This document shows positions 1 through 11,137 of a stretch of 22,469 bases of DNA, piece after piece. This stretch comes from Ginkgo biloba. Lineage: Eukaryota; Plantae; Ginkgophyta. The notes beneath the pieces were generated by a model. It was not told where the DNA came from, searched no databases, and saw nothing but the letters and a program-made list of their open reading frames with translations. The stretch is taken from the NCBI GenBank assembly GCA_024626585.2, contig JANKJI020000004.1, positions 60,366,505 to 60,388,973 on the forward strand, in the 5' to 3' direction. Each line of letters opens with the position of its first letter. The stretch's first letter is position 1. Made by a program: the position numbers and the translations under genes.

Positions 1-530
1 TTTAATTATTCTTCTCTTCAGTTCTTACTAAACTATAAAAATTGAAATTAATTCTTCTTGAGATTTATTCATTTAACATAAATTCCTACAAACATAAATT
101 CATTCATTAAGATAACATAAAATTAATGCCTAAGAAGATGGGACCAACAAGAAGTATAGTCAATTATTTCATATTATCTCACCCATTATTATGAATTAAA
201 CCAAATATAATTANNNNNNNNNNNNNNNNNNNNNNNNNNNNNNNNNNNNNNNNNNNNNNNNNNNNNNNNNNNNNNNNNNNNNNNNNNNNNNNNNNNNNNN
301 NNNNNNNNNNNNNNNNNNNNNNNNNNNNNNNNNNNNNATCCAACCCTTTTTTTACATTTTTTTTTTTGTGTAATATAGGCAATAGATTTATTTTAGAGAT
401 GACATTGATGTTTTGTTTTCTCCGGGTTCAATATTTTTCCTAAAAAATCTAATTATATATCTTAAATCCTTGAGATTATTGATTTATTTCTCTATATCCC
501 TATAAATGCTAAGATTAAAGATTATGACCT

Positions 531-854
531 TGTTAGTCCCAATATTAAATTATTAATATTTTCTTTAGTTAACATATATATTGTCTTAAGAGTACAATTT
601 ATCTTCTTCAATGAAGAATATTTGACAAAAAATTCTACTTTGTATTAATTCAAACTCAATACAAAATTATACAAACTCTAACATCTACGTATGATTTCCA
701 ATCCCTATTATATAGGTCTCTCATCCCAGCTAACCTATAGCTAAATGAAAACTAATTATCTATTATTTAATATAATAATAGATAAAATATTCTAATGTAT
801 TCTAATTTATGTCACATGTATTATGACACTTATTACATTATAACTTTCTTAACA
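531..854 (-). mobile_element. 3' LTR of the copia element (~324 bp)
   Basis: Starts TGTTAAG right after the PPT and ends ...GGACTAACA, giving a TGTTA/TAACA terminal inverted repeat. A TATA-like CCTATATAATAGGG lies at ~702-716 on the minus strand. The distal boundary is inferred from the terminal repeat only. Confidence 0.65.
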
Positions 855-868
855 CCACCCCCCACCTT
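855..868 (-). promoter_or_regulatory. Polypurine tract of the copia element
   Basis: Minus strand reads AAGGTGGGGGGTGG about 13 nt after the pol stop codon and immediately before TGTTAAG. Confidence 0.8.
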
Positions 869-881
869 AATGGAATAAGTG

Positions 882-1014
882 TCAACTTATTATTCCAAAA
901 GACTCTTTGAAGGTACACAATTTTTCTCTTCTCAGTGGTTTGGTGAAGAGGTCTGCTGTCTGTTCAATACTAGGATAATAGTGCATCTCCACTAACTTTT
1001 CCTTGATCAATGTA
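882..1014 (-). pseudogene. Ty1/copia pol C-terminus (RNase H tail), truncated by an N gap
   Basis: Translation LIKEKLVEMHYYPSIEQTADLFTKPLRREKLCTFKESFGIIS* matches the canonical copia end (V.L.YC.T..Q.AD.FTKPL....F...R..LG). It is followed directly by a PPT and an LTR start. Confidence 0.92.
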
Positions 1015-2399
1015 NNNNNNNNNNNNNNNNNNNNNNNNNNNNNNNNNNNNNNNNNNNNNNNNNNNNNNNNNNNNNNNNNNNNNNNNNNNNNNNNNNNNNN
1101 NNNNNNNNNNNNNNTCTTCAAATTTTGTCTCCTTTATAATAGGTTTATCCCTTACCTTATATAACTTTTCCTAATCTATATATCTCTCTTCATCGTAATG
1201 TTTCTTATAACATAGGTGAGTTATTTCAAGATATGTTATAAATTCTCAAAATTTCTTAAAATAACTTATTGCATTTTTATCTCAATATGTGTTTGGGCTT
1301 CTTAGAATTATGTATTTATATACATAATATTCTTATTAATACTATAAAATTTACACTTTCCCCTTAGGATGCTTATTCTTCTTTCATATATTAACAACCT
1401 AGTTTATACATCAATANNNNNNNNNNNNNNNNNNNNNNNNNNNNNNNNNNNNNNNNNNNNNNNNNNNNNNNNNNNNNGATAAATTTAGTATTATCTCTTT
1501 AATGTTTATATTATAGTCATCTAATTTCTTATTGAATACTTTGGAAACTCCTTAATTTAATTTTTTTGACACCTTCTAGTGTCACATCCTATGATTCAAT
1601 ATGTAATTCTCAGATCTCTATATCTTCCTGTACTAATTCTTTTTTCTTTTTATATATACTAATATTGATTTTGGTTACAGTTATCTTTATTTTCTTATTA
1701 TATTATAAATTCAAATTAGACATGAAATTTTATTTTGAATGGTTTTAAATCTATCAATTTATCTACTTCTATTTTATTCATGTCTATAATGGGAGGATTT
1801 AACGAAAGAGTCTTGGTCAATAGAATATGATATTGTTCTATTGATTTTTTTTTCCTATTATAGTAACATAACCATATACTTCTACATTTTATTCCCCTCG
1901 AGTTGTCTACACAATGGACTTTGTCATGTTAATTTTTTCATTTAAAACATTTTGTTGAGTTTTGATACTTTTATATTTTTTTATGACTTTATCATTTCTT
2001 ATGACTTAGAACTATCTTACACCTTGATATTTTCTTACATTGATTCACCTAACACTATTTATTTTACTATTTAAAGGATAATGTTTTTTGTCTTTATCTA
2101 TATAGATGTTTTAATCTCATTTTCTTCTTATTTTTCTTCCTCATCCTTAATTTGTATACTTTATACCTNNNNNNNNNNNNNNNNNNNNNNNNNNNNNNNN
2201 NNNNNNNNNNNNNNNNNNNNNNNNNNNNNNNNNNNNNNNNNNNNNNNNNNNNNNNNNNNNNNNNNNNNCTTTTTCACTCTTTCATTGGGTCCTACCTTGG
2301 TGAATTGTTGTCTTGGATATTCTTGTTATGGTTTGGGAGGTGGTTATCGTTGATTAAAAGATCGAATTTTATTGTACTAAAAATGTCATTGTGTTAAAT

Positions 2400-3111
2400 T
2401 GCTCAAGCACAACTTTATTACATTGTTTTATTTTTTAAGCGAGCATAATTGCTTCTTTTAGTGCTTTTGATTAATGTTTATGTACTTCATTCTTTACTTC
2501 TCCTAAAAAATTACAAATGTAAAAACCCAAGATTGCTTCTTTTGTCATTCTTTACTTTGCATATAGTATTTCATACTTTTATGTATATTCTTCTATGAAA
2601 TGAAAGTAAAGGTCCCCTAAGTTTCTATCTTACCTTTTGTAAAAGTCTTTGACAAATCTATCCTCTACTATATGTCATTTTTTATACCATTTTATACCTT
2701 AAGTGTGGGTATATGCCTCCATGTTTGCTATTGCAAAGCACACTTTCTCAAGTTCTGTTGTTATTTGTGTGTTTAGAAAAGTTGTTTCTAATATGCTAAT
2801 GAATTGTGATGGTTCAATTTTTCCATTGGATCATTATTGTGGGATCTTGGGCTATAGTCGATAAGTTATTCCTCTTGTTGTTGGTAGTTGTGGTGTTGAT
2901 TGTGACTCTTAGGCTAGTGTTTCTTCTTGGTGTAGAGGCATACTTTTGTTAATAGTTGGACTATGCTTTTATTTATTTCAAGTATAATGTTGCTTATTCC
3001 ATTAATTTGGCTCTTCATTTTATTGAAATCATTCTCAAATACTACTATCCTTTTGATTACTGAATTTTTTCTATTAATGTCCATATCCATTTGACTTTGA
3101 GTGTTAACCAT
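2400..3111 (-). pseudogene. Degenerate Ty3/gypsy gag (retrotrans_gag-like)
   Basis: Begins MVNTQSQ... with a coiled-coil-like N-terminus. Across stops and frameshifts it continues NDP..., ELEKVCFAIANMEA, DRFVKDFYKR*D and EVKNEVHKH*SKALKEAIMLA, resembling the gag pattern EKV..A...LEG.A..W...F...F..RF...GLK.EI...P.TL.EA..LA. Confidence 0.65.
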
Positions 3112-3189
3112 TTAGAGATGAAATTTGACTAAAGTTTAAAAACCTTTTCATTAAAATTAGAATATTCTCAAAATATTATAATTAAAATG

Positions 3190-3620
3190 TTTTAGGTAAA
3201 TTTAGGAAGGGAGAAAAAAATAATCAACATAGTCAACCTATAATCTAGTAAGAAATTGGTGAATCCATGGTGGATGGTGATGCAACAAATAGATGTGTTT
3301 AANNNNNNNNNNNNNNNNNNNNNNNNNNNNNNNNNNNNNNNNNNNNNNNNNNNNNNNNNNNNNNNNNNNNNNNNNNNNNNNNNNNNNNNNNNNNNNNNNN
3401 NNAAAGGTTGTGTAATTTTTACACAACATATGCAATTAGGAAAGAAAAGAAATAAAATGATATCATAATACAAAAAAGAAATAAAATGATATAAATACCT
3501 CCCACATACTAATTTATTATGAAATAAGAAAGGAGATATTCCTAATGTGAGGAAGATACCCTTTGGAATGATGGATGCTTAGACCAATAATTAAGAGGTT
3601 CCCAACTTGGGTGAAAGGGC
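3190..3620 (+). pseudogene. Possible very old LINE ORF2 post-RT fragment
   Basis: PII**EIGESMVDGD...IDVF(N) before the gap resembles L.SW..IC.P...GG.G...FN. NVRKIPF/WNDGCL at ~3544-3580 resembles G..I.FW.D.W. Both need frameshifts. Confidence 0.3.
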
Positions 3621-4272
3621 ATTTGTATCCCAAGCGACTCAAATTGGTGGTTAAGATCCACGTTATGAAATATATCCAAAAGTTTGAAAGGACCTAATCA
3701 AATTTCAAATATGATCTCAGAGGGTTGGCAGGATATCGATGTCCCATAATTGCTATAGGCAAGTACAGTCAAACAATCCCAATTATTAACCATAAATAAA
3801 AGAAAATAATTCTTAATTATTTAACCCTTTTTATTTGGTGATTTAATTAAGTAAATAAATCATATTTATTTTCTCTTTTTAGATCTGAAATAAAATAGAA
3901 AATCAATAAAATAAAGTTATGATGACTTGTACAATAAATTCAAGAAGGTGAGTCACTTTTCTCTACTTTGTTAGCCTCTACACCTCTTGTAACTTATAAG
4001 TTCCTTCTAAATTTTATCTAAGTCATGCCTTTATCCAACCTAGGATTGAGAATGGTAGGAAGGAATAATACAAGAACCTACAAAAGAAAGGAGATCTTAA
4101 TGTTATATTGGTGTGAGATCCAAAAGGGTAGGAAAATCATGGAATATAGAAAAGGAGTATATAAATAGAGTGGCAATGGGTAAAAAAGTATCCCCATATG
4201 TAGATGATGGTGTTAATAATTTGGAAGTATAAATTTACTCATTTTAGTCCCCTTTTGATAGCTAAATGAGGT

Positions 4273-4285
4273 CCTATTTATAGGG
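4273..4285 (-). promoter_or_regulatory. LTR-type TATA box (CCCTATAAATAGG) in a probable LTR relic spanning roughly 3900-4690
   Basis: Exact match to the CTATAAATAG motif common in plant LTRs. Same orientation as the gag relic at 2400-3111. LTR boundaries are not resolved. Confidence 0.45.
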
Positions 4286-4486
4286 ATTTGATCATGTCCA
4301 TACTTAATTATAAACCAATTTTATTAAATAAACTTCATAGTATCAATCCAATTAAATTGGATATATTGAGGCAATTAGGACTAATCTAAAGTCAATTGGA
4401 AAAAGGCTTAACTTCCTAATTTTATTCTATTTTTTCTAGAAAAAAATTATTATGGTCTCATATTTATGCTTAGTTATAGAGGGACA

Positions 4487-4605
4487 CCACTTAAAAGCTA
4501 TCTACTTAGTGTAAATCCAATAAATATCTAGATAATCAATGGTGTTCCATCACTCATTAGCTATCTAATCAGTGGTTAGCCACTTAATAGCTAGATAATC
4601 AATGG
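4487..4605. repeat. Four 26-bp imperfect palindromic units (idealised consensus CCACTGATTAGCTAGCTAATCAGTGG) with 4-7-bp spacers
   Basis: Units at 4487-4512, 4517-4542, 4550-4575 and 4580-4605 match the palindrome at 19, 20, 23 and 22 of 26 positions by hand count. Units 1/3 share TATCTA and units 2/4 share TAGATAATCAATGG, giving a 63-bp higher-order dimer. Confidence 0.85.
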
Positions 4606-5696
4606 CATTGAAAGTTTATTGTATTTTTAAGCTTTTGAAGGAATAAAAAAGGTGGTAAGGTTATATTGAGATGAGTTAATTATTAAAGGGNNNNNNNNNN
4701 NNNNNNNNNNNNNNNNNNNNNNNNNNNNNNNNNNNNNNNNNNNNNNNNNNNNNNNNNNNNNNNNNNNNNNNNNNNNNNNNNNNNNNNNNNATTATTATTT
4801 TATTTAAAATATTTGTATCACTTTAATATTATCTTAATTTAATAATTGTTAGTATTAAGTTGACTATAATTAAGTATTGAGCTAATAATAATTGAATAAA
4901 TATTAGAAAAATATAAAAACTAACTTCTAAATTTCTACCTACAAATGAATGTGATGTTTATAATGACCCATTAGATTTATTTAATACCTTAAACATGTCA
5001 ATGAAAAATACTATATTATGGTAAATTATACATTATAAGAGACACATAGATAAAAATTAATGTACTAAAAGGAATATATTCATGCTACAAATTTGATTTA
5101 TACTTTTGATTTCTAGAACATTAGTACTATATTACCATATTAAAATTCAAAAGTGAATCATTGAATTGATACATCCCCGAATAAAACATATTCCAATTTT
5201 CAGATTGTGTTTAATTGAATTCAAATTCATATTAAATTAGTAAAATAAGATAATTTCTTAGAACCATAATGAATTTTCATCTCTTCAAGAATATTTACAC
5301 CAATTTATATATATTTTCCTTAAGGCCACTTCCCACTATCCAATAAATTTATCTAACTTTGAATAGAAAATTGTTTATTTCGCACAATATTTTGTTAAAG
5401 AAATTTGTTAGGAATAAATAAAAATAACTTTCACTAAAATATGTTCTCTTTTGTCATTCCTTAAAGTACTTATTGATATAATTTAAATATATTCAAACAA
5501 TTATATTTTAATTTAGTCTAGAAAGACTATTTTAATTCTATATATTAGCTAATGTGAAGTAGTCCTTATTCTAGTTTAGTGTTTTTTCCTCAACCTCTTA
5601 AACTAACTAAATATTGAAATATTTTTGAAATAACTAACTTAAATCCTTACCTCACTCAAACATATGTAACCATAACATTTATTTAAAAAATATGAC

Positions 5697-5794
5697 ATTA
5701 TAATTATTTGCATACTATTATATAATATCCTCTATCAAAAAGGAATATTTTATTCAATTATAATTATTTTCATACTAATATATTCAATCAAAAG
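5697..5794. repeat. Short direct duplication, 60-bp offset
   Basis: ATTATAATTATTTGCATACTATTATAT at 5697 and ATTATAATTATTTTCATACTAATATAT at 5757, each followed by ATCAAAA. Confidence 0.6.
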
Positions 5795-6089
5795 ACCAAT
5801 TAAGTTCATTAGAACACAATAATAGTCTATTTAAGTATAGAACAATACATGTAAGATCGAAGGTTACATCTTGAAACCATTTTATCTTTTAAGAACATTG
5901 TTTGCATAGAAATTTGAGATATAAAACTTTGACAACTTTGCTAATAATTATTGCACTCGAGCTCTCTGGCCATGCTTTAGTTTCTAAATAAAAAATAATT
6001 ATAGAATTTATCTATGAGATCATTAATCCTTAGGGTTTTTCCATCCTTGAAGGAATGGATTATATTATACAATTTCCCTTTTGCTACTT

Positions 6090-6670
6090 TATTATTTAGG
6101 AGGACCACTAGGGGTTTATTTTATTTTTTATTCCTTGGAGAAAGTTGGATATTTTCCCTTTGATATAGATACTAAAGATATTAAAATGATGGATTTGAAT
6201 AATCTAATAGTTTCTTCTTTGATATTATTTGATCCTCCATAATTGGTCCATAAAGGTAAGGCAACATGCAAAGTTGCCTGTTATTCTAGTTGGATTTTAA
6301 CTCAGAATAAAGGAATTTAGATTTGGAGTCCCCTTCCTTATACCATTGACAACATATCCTAATTTGGATAACTTAAGGTTTGTCATCCTAAATTTGATTA
6401 AAGGCCATCAACAAGTTGGTTTCTATCTCTTTAGAATATAGGGCAATTCTAAATGATTATGGATGGGTCTTATGATAGTCCATTTCCTCTAGGAGTATGT
6501 TCTTTACAATTGACTTTAATTTTGATCACTACAAACCCTAGGACTTAATTTATTTATTATTAACCCAATTTTATTAGGCCATATTTGTATTTAGATTATA
6601 GAGATATTGTCTTATTAGGATGATATCCATGAGAGAGGGAAATCTTAGAAGAAGTCATAATCTTGGATGT
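6090..6670 (+). pseudogene. Degenerate plant LINE ORF1 (DUF4283-like region plus decayed zinc knuckle)
   Basis: Fragments RTTRGLFYFLF (~GFF.F.F), GI*IWSP (~W.P), LIWIT*GLSS*I* (~PIWI.L.GLP..FW) and LDYRDI...HERG/NLRRSH (~LDYE.IPF.C..C.E.GH....C) occur in the expected order, upstream of the endonuclease fragment. Confidence 0.45.
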
Positions 6671-7072
6671 AGGAAATGTTTAGGTAAAAGAAGGAATGGG
6701 ATTTAGATTAATAATGGGATATAATATTAAGGCTAATTGGTTAGTAGATAGATAAAGGGGGCCCTCAATAATTGAGTAATAAATATCATCTACTAATTGA
6801 ATCTAGTCCTATGATATATAAAACCTATTGATTCTTAGAATTATATATTTTATTTTTTTATTTAAGTAAGAAATATAGAGACTCTAAAGTAGATAATTTA
6901 AGATTAGTTTACTAAATAACTAGGGGGACAATATTATCCTTATTAATATAACTATAAATATATAATATCTTANNNNNNNNNNNNNNNNNNNNNNNNNNNN
7001 NNNNNNNNNNNNNNNNNNNNNNNNNNNNNNNNNNNNNNNNNNNNNNNNNNNNNNNNNNNNNNNNNNNNNNNN

Positions 7073-7705
7073 TTTCTAATTTAAAAGATATGTTGTCCTA
7101 TGAGGAGGGCATTGGGCAAGGTCCACTAAAGTTAACTTGGATAAATAGGAGGATAGGAAAAGATAAAGTTAAGGAGAGACTAGACAAATTATACATTTCA
7201 TCTGAGTTATGGAATAAGGTCTCAAAATACTATTAATTTTCCATAACAACTATTTAAATATTAGACTACTTCCTCATCATGTTTTAAAAAATAACTTATA
7301 GTTCTTGTATTTATCCCAAAATGTTCCCTTCAAGCTTATCACAATATACCTAAAGCATAAGGACTTCCTAAAGAATATACATGTTTTATAGAAGGACCTA
7401 TCAAATCACCACAAGGAGGAGGCATCCACTTCAATCATATGGGTTAATATTCTCAAGTATCTTAAAAGGTGCATCAAGTAATGGGGAAATCGAAGAACAA
7501 TAAAAATGAGGGTAGAAAATGATGGGGTGATACCCCCCAGGTCTAAACCTTGGAAGACCAATTTAGGAGAAGTGAATAGTTGAATAATTAGTTACAAGAG
7601 TTATCAGAGAAACTTCAAGACATTTAACACGAGTAAAATTTAAAGTGAAAACACCCTAGTAAAATAATTTGGATGGAAGAAACTAACAAATATACAAAAT
7701 TATTG
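7073..7705 (+). pseudogene. LINE fragment A: APE endonuclease C-half and linker, typical plant L1 type
   Basis: LTWINRRIGKDKVKERLDKLYI at 7132 (TW.N......ERLDR). LDYFLI (~SDH.PI). PFKLITIYLKHKDF (~PFKF...WL.H..F). *KHPSKIIWMEETNKYTKLL (~WKQ.SRI.WL.EGD.NTKFF). Confidence 0.85.
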
Positions 7706-8510
7706 ATAGATATCAACCCTACTAAGAGGGCCTTCACCTAGTCTAATCTTAGAGTAGGAACAAAGAGAGTATATGCTAGATTAGATAAATCTTATTCCTT
7801 AGAAAATAGAGGCAATTTACTATGATGAGTCCAAAATTTAGAGATTGTTCACACTATTAAATCACTTTTCCATCTCAAATCAATTTAGACTATAAGTGGA
7901 GTGGCTTTCCCCTTCTAAATCTAAGTTTAAAATAAATGTGTCCATGTTGAATAATTAAGAAGCAATTAAATTAATATGGCAAATTTGGACTATGGTTCCA
8001 AGGCCAAAAGGAGATATAAGATGGATCCTTTAGTGGGAATCTCAAATCAGAAGAGTTACCATGAAGAGTTTAAGAGGGTTATTATAAATGATAAATGTTA
8101 TAATTTGTTATGACCCCTTCAATAGTAAGCTTCAACTAGAGCTATTTAAAAGTAGACGTGAAATTAATTTAGTCAAACATTAAAAGGCTAGAGGAGCATA
8201 AATTAGAGGTAAAATACAATGGATGAAAGAAGGTAATATGTCTACCAAATTATTCTTTAATTACTTAAAGGTTAAATAGAATATGCCCAGGATTGAAGGA
8301 ATAAAGATAATGGTTTAGTCTTCTAAATCTTAAGAATATACAAAAGGTATTTCTTAAAGTTACTTTTATAAGATTTTTCAGAGTAGTAAGGGGGAACATG
8401 AAATATAGGAAGCAATAACGGATTCCTTACAAACTATCCTAAGAAATCTAAAGGGGAAAATAACAGACCTACCAATTTCCAAATTTGAAATAAAAAAAGT
8501 GCTTGAAGAA
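7706..8510 (+). pseudogene. LINE fragment B: second endonuclease C-half and linker up to the pre-RT motif (L1 clade, Tx1-like signature)
   Basis: FT*SNLRVGTKRVYARLDKSY (~7733-7796). TLLNHFSI (~LSDHFPI). SKFKINVSML (~FK.N.SLL). KARGA*IRGKIQWMKEGNMSTKLFF at 8184-8258 (~A.GA.IRSR..W..EG...TK.FF). LPISKFEIKKVL at 8469 (~PI...EI..AL). Confidence 0.85.
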
Positions 8511-8591
8511 GGTGCAACCAATGGATTTCTGATTAAAAGAATTAAAAAACATTTAACCTTCAAAGCCTCAAGTTGATTCTCTTTATCAACC

Positions 8592-8990
8592 ATGCCTCAA
8601 GAAGAGACTAGCATCATAATGCATAATTACCCATTAATTATTTTCATCGATGGAGGTAGTTGAAGAAACCCTAGTCCTTAGCTTCTACATGAATTATTCA
8701 TAATCACTTAGGTGAGCCACTAGTAAGTGTAGGATTATTTCTTCTTATACTGTCAATAATATAGTTCAATATGCCATAATATTAAATGCTTTTATTGATA
8801 TCTTATAGTTACATGAAACCCATATAATCGTGTACATTGATTCCCTACTCATTACTAATAATTGAAACTAATATTAAAAATGAGACGAGATAAATTAATT
8901 ACTTACCATAGATATTTTTTGGAAAATTATAATTGTTAGACAATCCTTTTACAAACTTTGCGCCACATTCATTCACATTGTTAAAATCCC
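8592..8990 (+). pseudogene. Degenerate RNase HI-like domain (RVT_3 / archaeal-type aRH of plant retroelements)
   Basis: PLIIFIDGGS*RNPS (~F.DGASR.NP), then LAST*IIHNHLGEPLVSVG, TVNNIVQYAIILNAF (~TNN.AEY.A...L), HIIVYIDSLLI (~L.VY.DS.LV) and FIHIV (~F.HI.R). The catalytic-motif equivalents are in the correct order and spacing. Confidence 0.8.
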
Positions 8991-9002
8991 ATAAGATACC
9001 AA

Positions 9003-9524
9003 GTGACATTGGAGGAATCCTTATATCAATGCCTTAATGTGGTATCATACATAGTTGATAATGTTGACTCCACCCTCTTTGACCTTCATTTCACCCTCTC
9101 TAAGTTAAGGGAGGCATTATGGTCCATGTTAAATGAGAAATCTCTTGGTGGGAATGGTCTCCAGGTGGAGTTCTACAAACACTTTTAGGAAGACATTGGG
9201 AATGACTTTNNNNNNNNNNNNNNNNNNNNNNNNNNNNNNNNNNNNNNNNNNNNNNNNNNNNNNNNNNNNNNNNNNNNNNNNNNNNNNNNNNNNNNNNNNN
9301 NTGGGTGTTCAAGACCAATTACCCTACTAAATGTTTCTTATTAATCTAAATTGTTGGTGCTAAGGATTAGAATAATATTAAAAAGGATTTTTAGGAAAGA
9401 GAAAATAACATTCATAAAAAGGATATTTTATCCTCAATAATATATTGGCAATGGTTGAGGTATGAAATGGGCAAGAGAATTGAGTTAATTGGTTGTCTTT
9501 CTCAAGATAAATTTTAAAAAAGAT
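9003..9524 (+). pseudogene. LINE fragment C: N-terminal part of the non-LTR reverse transcriptase
   Basis: FTLSKLREALWSMLNEKSLGGNGLQVEFYKHF* (~IT..EL..AL..M...KSPG.DG...EFYK.FW). After the gap: RPITLLNVSY, SKLLVLRI, GYFILNNIL and VVFLKINFKK (~LK.DFEKAYD). Confidence 0.92.
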
Positions 9525-9624
9525 NNNNNNNNNNNNNNNNNNNNNNNNNNNNNNNNNNNNNNNNNNNNNNNNNNNNNNNNNNNNNNNNNNNNNNNNNNNN
9601 NNNNNNNNNNNNNNNNNNNNNNNN

Positions 9625-10050
9625 TTCTCTTGCACTTCACATCAATATTTATTTATTTACTCACATATTTTGTTGTAAGTTTGTGTAACTAAAGCCAATA
9701 ATGTACTTAGTTAACATATATTAATTATGCTAGTAAATAATTATTAGAATACGATTTAATTCTTATTATTTAATATTTGATTAGCTATTTTGTTCTAATC
9801 ATATATAATTTCTTATTTTAGCTTAGGTTTTCCTAATTTCTATTGTTAAACTAGGATTTTATTTAACACCATGTATTAGGGTTTTATTTATAACAATTAA
9901 GAACTTAGTATTTGAATATTAAGTTCAAGAATTCAAAGAACCTCTTATATCCTTTGTTCATACTTTTGGTTTATTGAATCTTGTGGAATCTATTGGATAT
10001 CTAGTCTCTCTTTCATTCTTAGATAGATTAGAAGATTCTCTTCACTATCA
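9625..10050 (+). mobile_element. Possible LTR fragment (3' part)
   Basis: Non-coding, LTR-like composition (TTAGGTTTT and TAGGGTTTT tracts), ending in ...CTTCACTATCA at 10050 where sequence character changes. No start, PBS or TSD identified. Confidence 0.3.
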
Positions 10051-11137
10051 CGATTGGACCATATCTTTGTTCCACATGTTCACCATTGTACTACACATGA
10101 AAGATCTAAAACTCAATTTTTTGAATTTTTGGCTTGGATAAGAAAAAGGCATAGAGTCAATGTTCAACAAACCCACAACATAGAGAGGGAAAACTGTGGT
10201 ATTGATAAGAAGAGGTGTGATGTGGTCGGGAAAGGTATAATGTCCTATAATTTTCATTTGAGGATGAATCAAACTCAAAATCTGATCTCAATTAGAGATG
10301 CCTTAAATCCAATTAGCCTTTGTAGCATTTTGTAAGCATTTGAAAGCTTAAGATCACCTTCTCTCATACTTTGAAACTTCTTTTTGGGTGAATCCAAAGC
10401 ATCAAGTCTTCTGCCCACTTTCATTCAAATTGTTGTTGAATGATCTATATCTATGGAACACATCATAAGACTATCCATATACATTACAAAACACATTCCA
10501 AAGGGAATAAATAACACGATAAACCAAGTAAAGCATGCATTAAAGGTAGGCAAGAACTAGCTTAAATCGAATTTTGATTTTAAATACAAGATTACATGCA
10601 TGCTTTATAAATTACATGGTAAAAATATCATACTAAAAAATTACAATGATGATGTGACCTAGGAAAATACTTTTGAGCCATAAAATAATATACAATATAT
10701 CACTTACACTTAGCAAGACAATAAAATCAAATTAACCGTATAATAATTATAGTTACAATTACCAGTGATATAGTAGCAATACAAAATATTAACTTTTTTA
10801 CTTATTTTAAACAAATTGATAATTACCCCTACAAATTATTAACACCTAAAATAAAGGGCCAATAAAGAGTAATTTAAAGAGGTTTAATAATACAAATACT
10901 CTACAAGGCCCTTTTTATGAGAGATAATAAAATAAATCACATATGAATAAGAGCCATGTATTAGCGAGTCTTTTCTCTCTCTGTATATAGAATTAAAGAA
11001 AAAAAAATTAGGTATAAAATCAAACACCACATTAATTATAAATCATTGATTAGTGATATGACATTGATATAAATCACTTAAAGGAAAAACATGCATAAAA
11101 AGAGACAAACACTTTTTTTTTTTGGGTAGTAATATAC

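Noticed and set aside
1566-1748. 60-aa hydrophobic ORF resembling a small membrane protein
   Set aside because: TTG start, and the F/I/L/Y richness follows from T-rich composition.
4487-4605. CRISPR-like palindromic repeats
   Set aside because: Spacers are 4-7 bp, the repeats are divergent, there are no cas genes, and the context is eukaryotic TE sequence.
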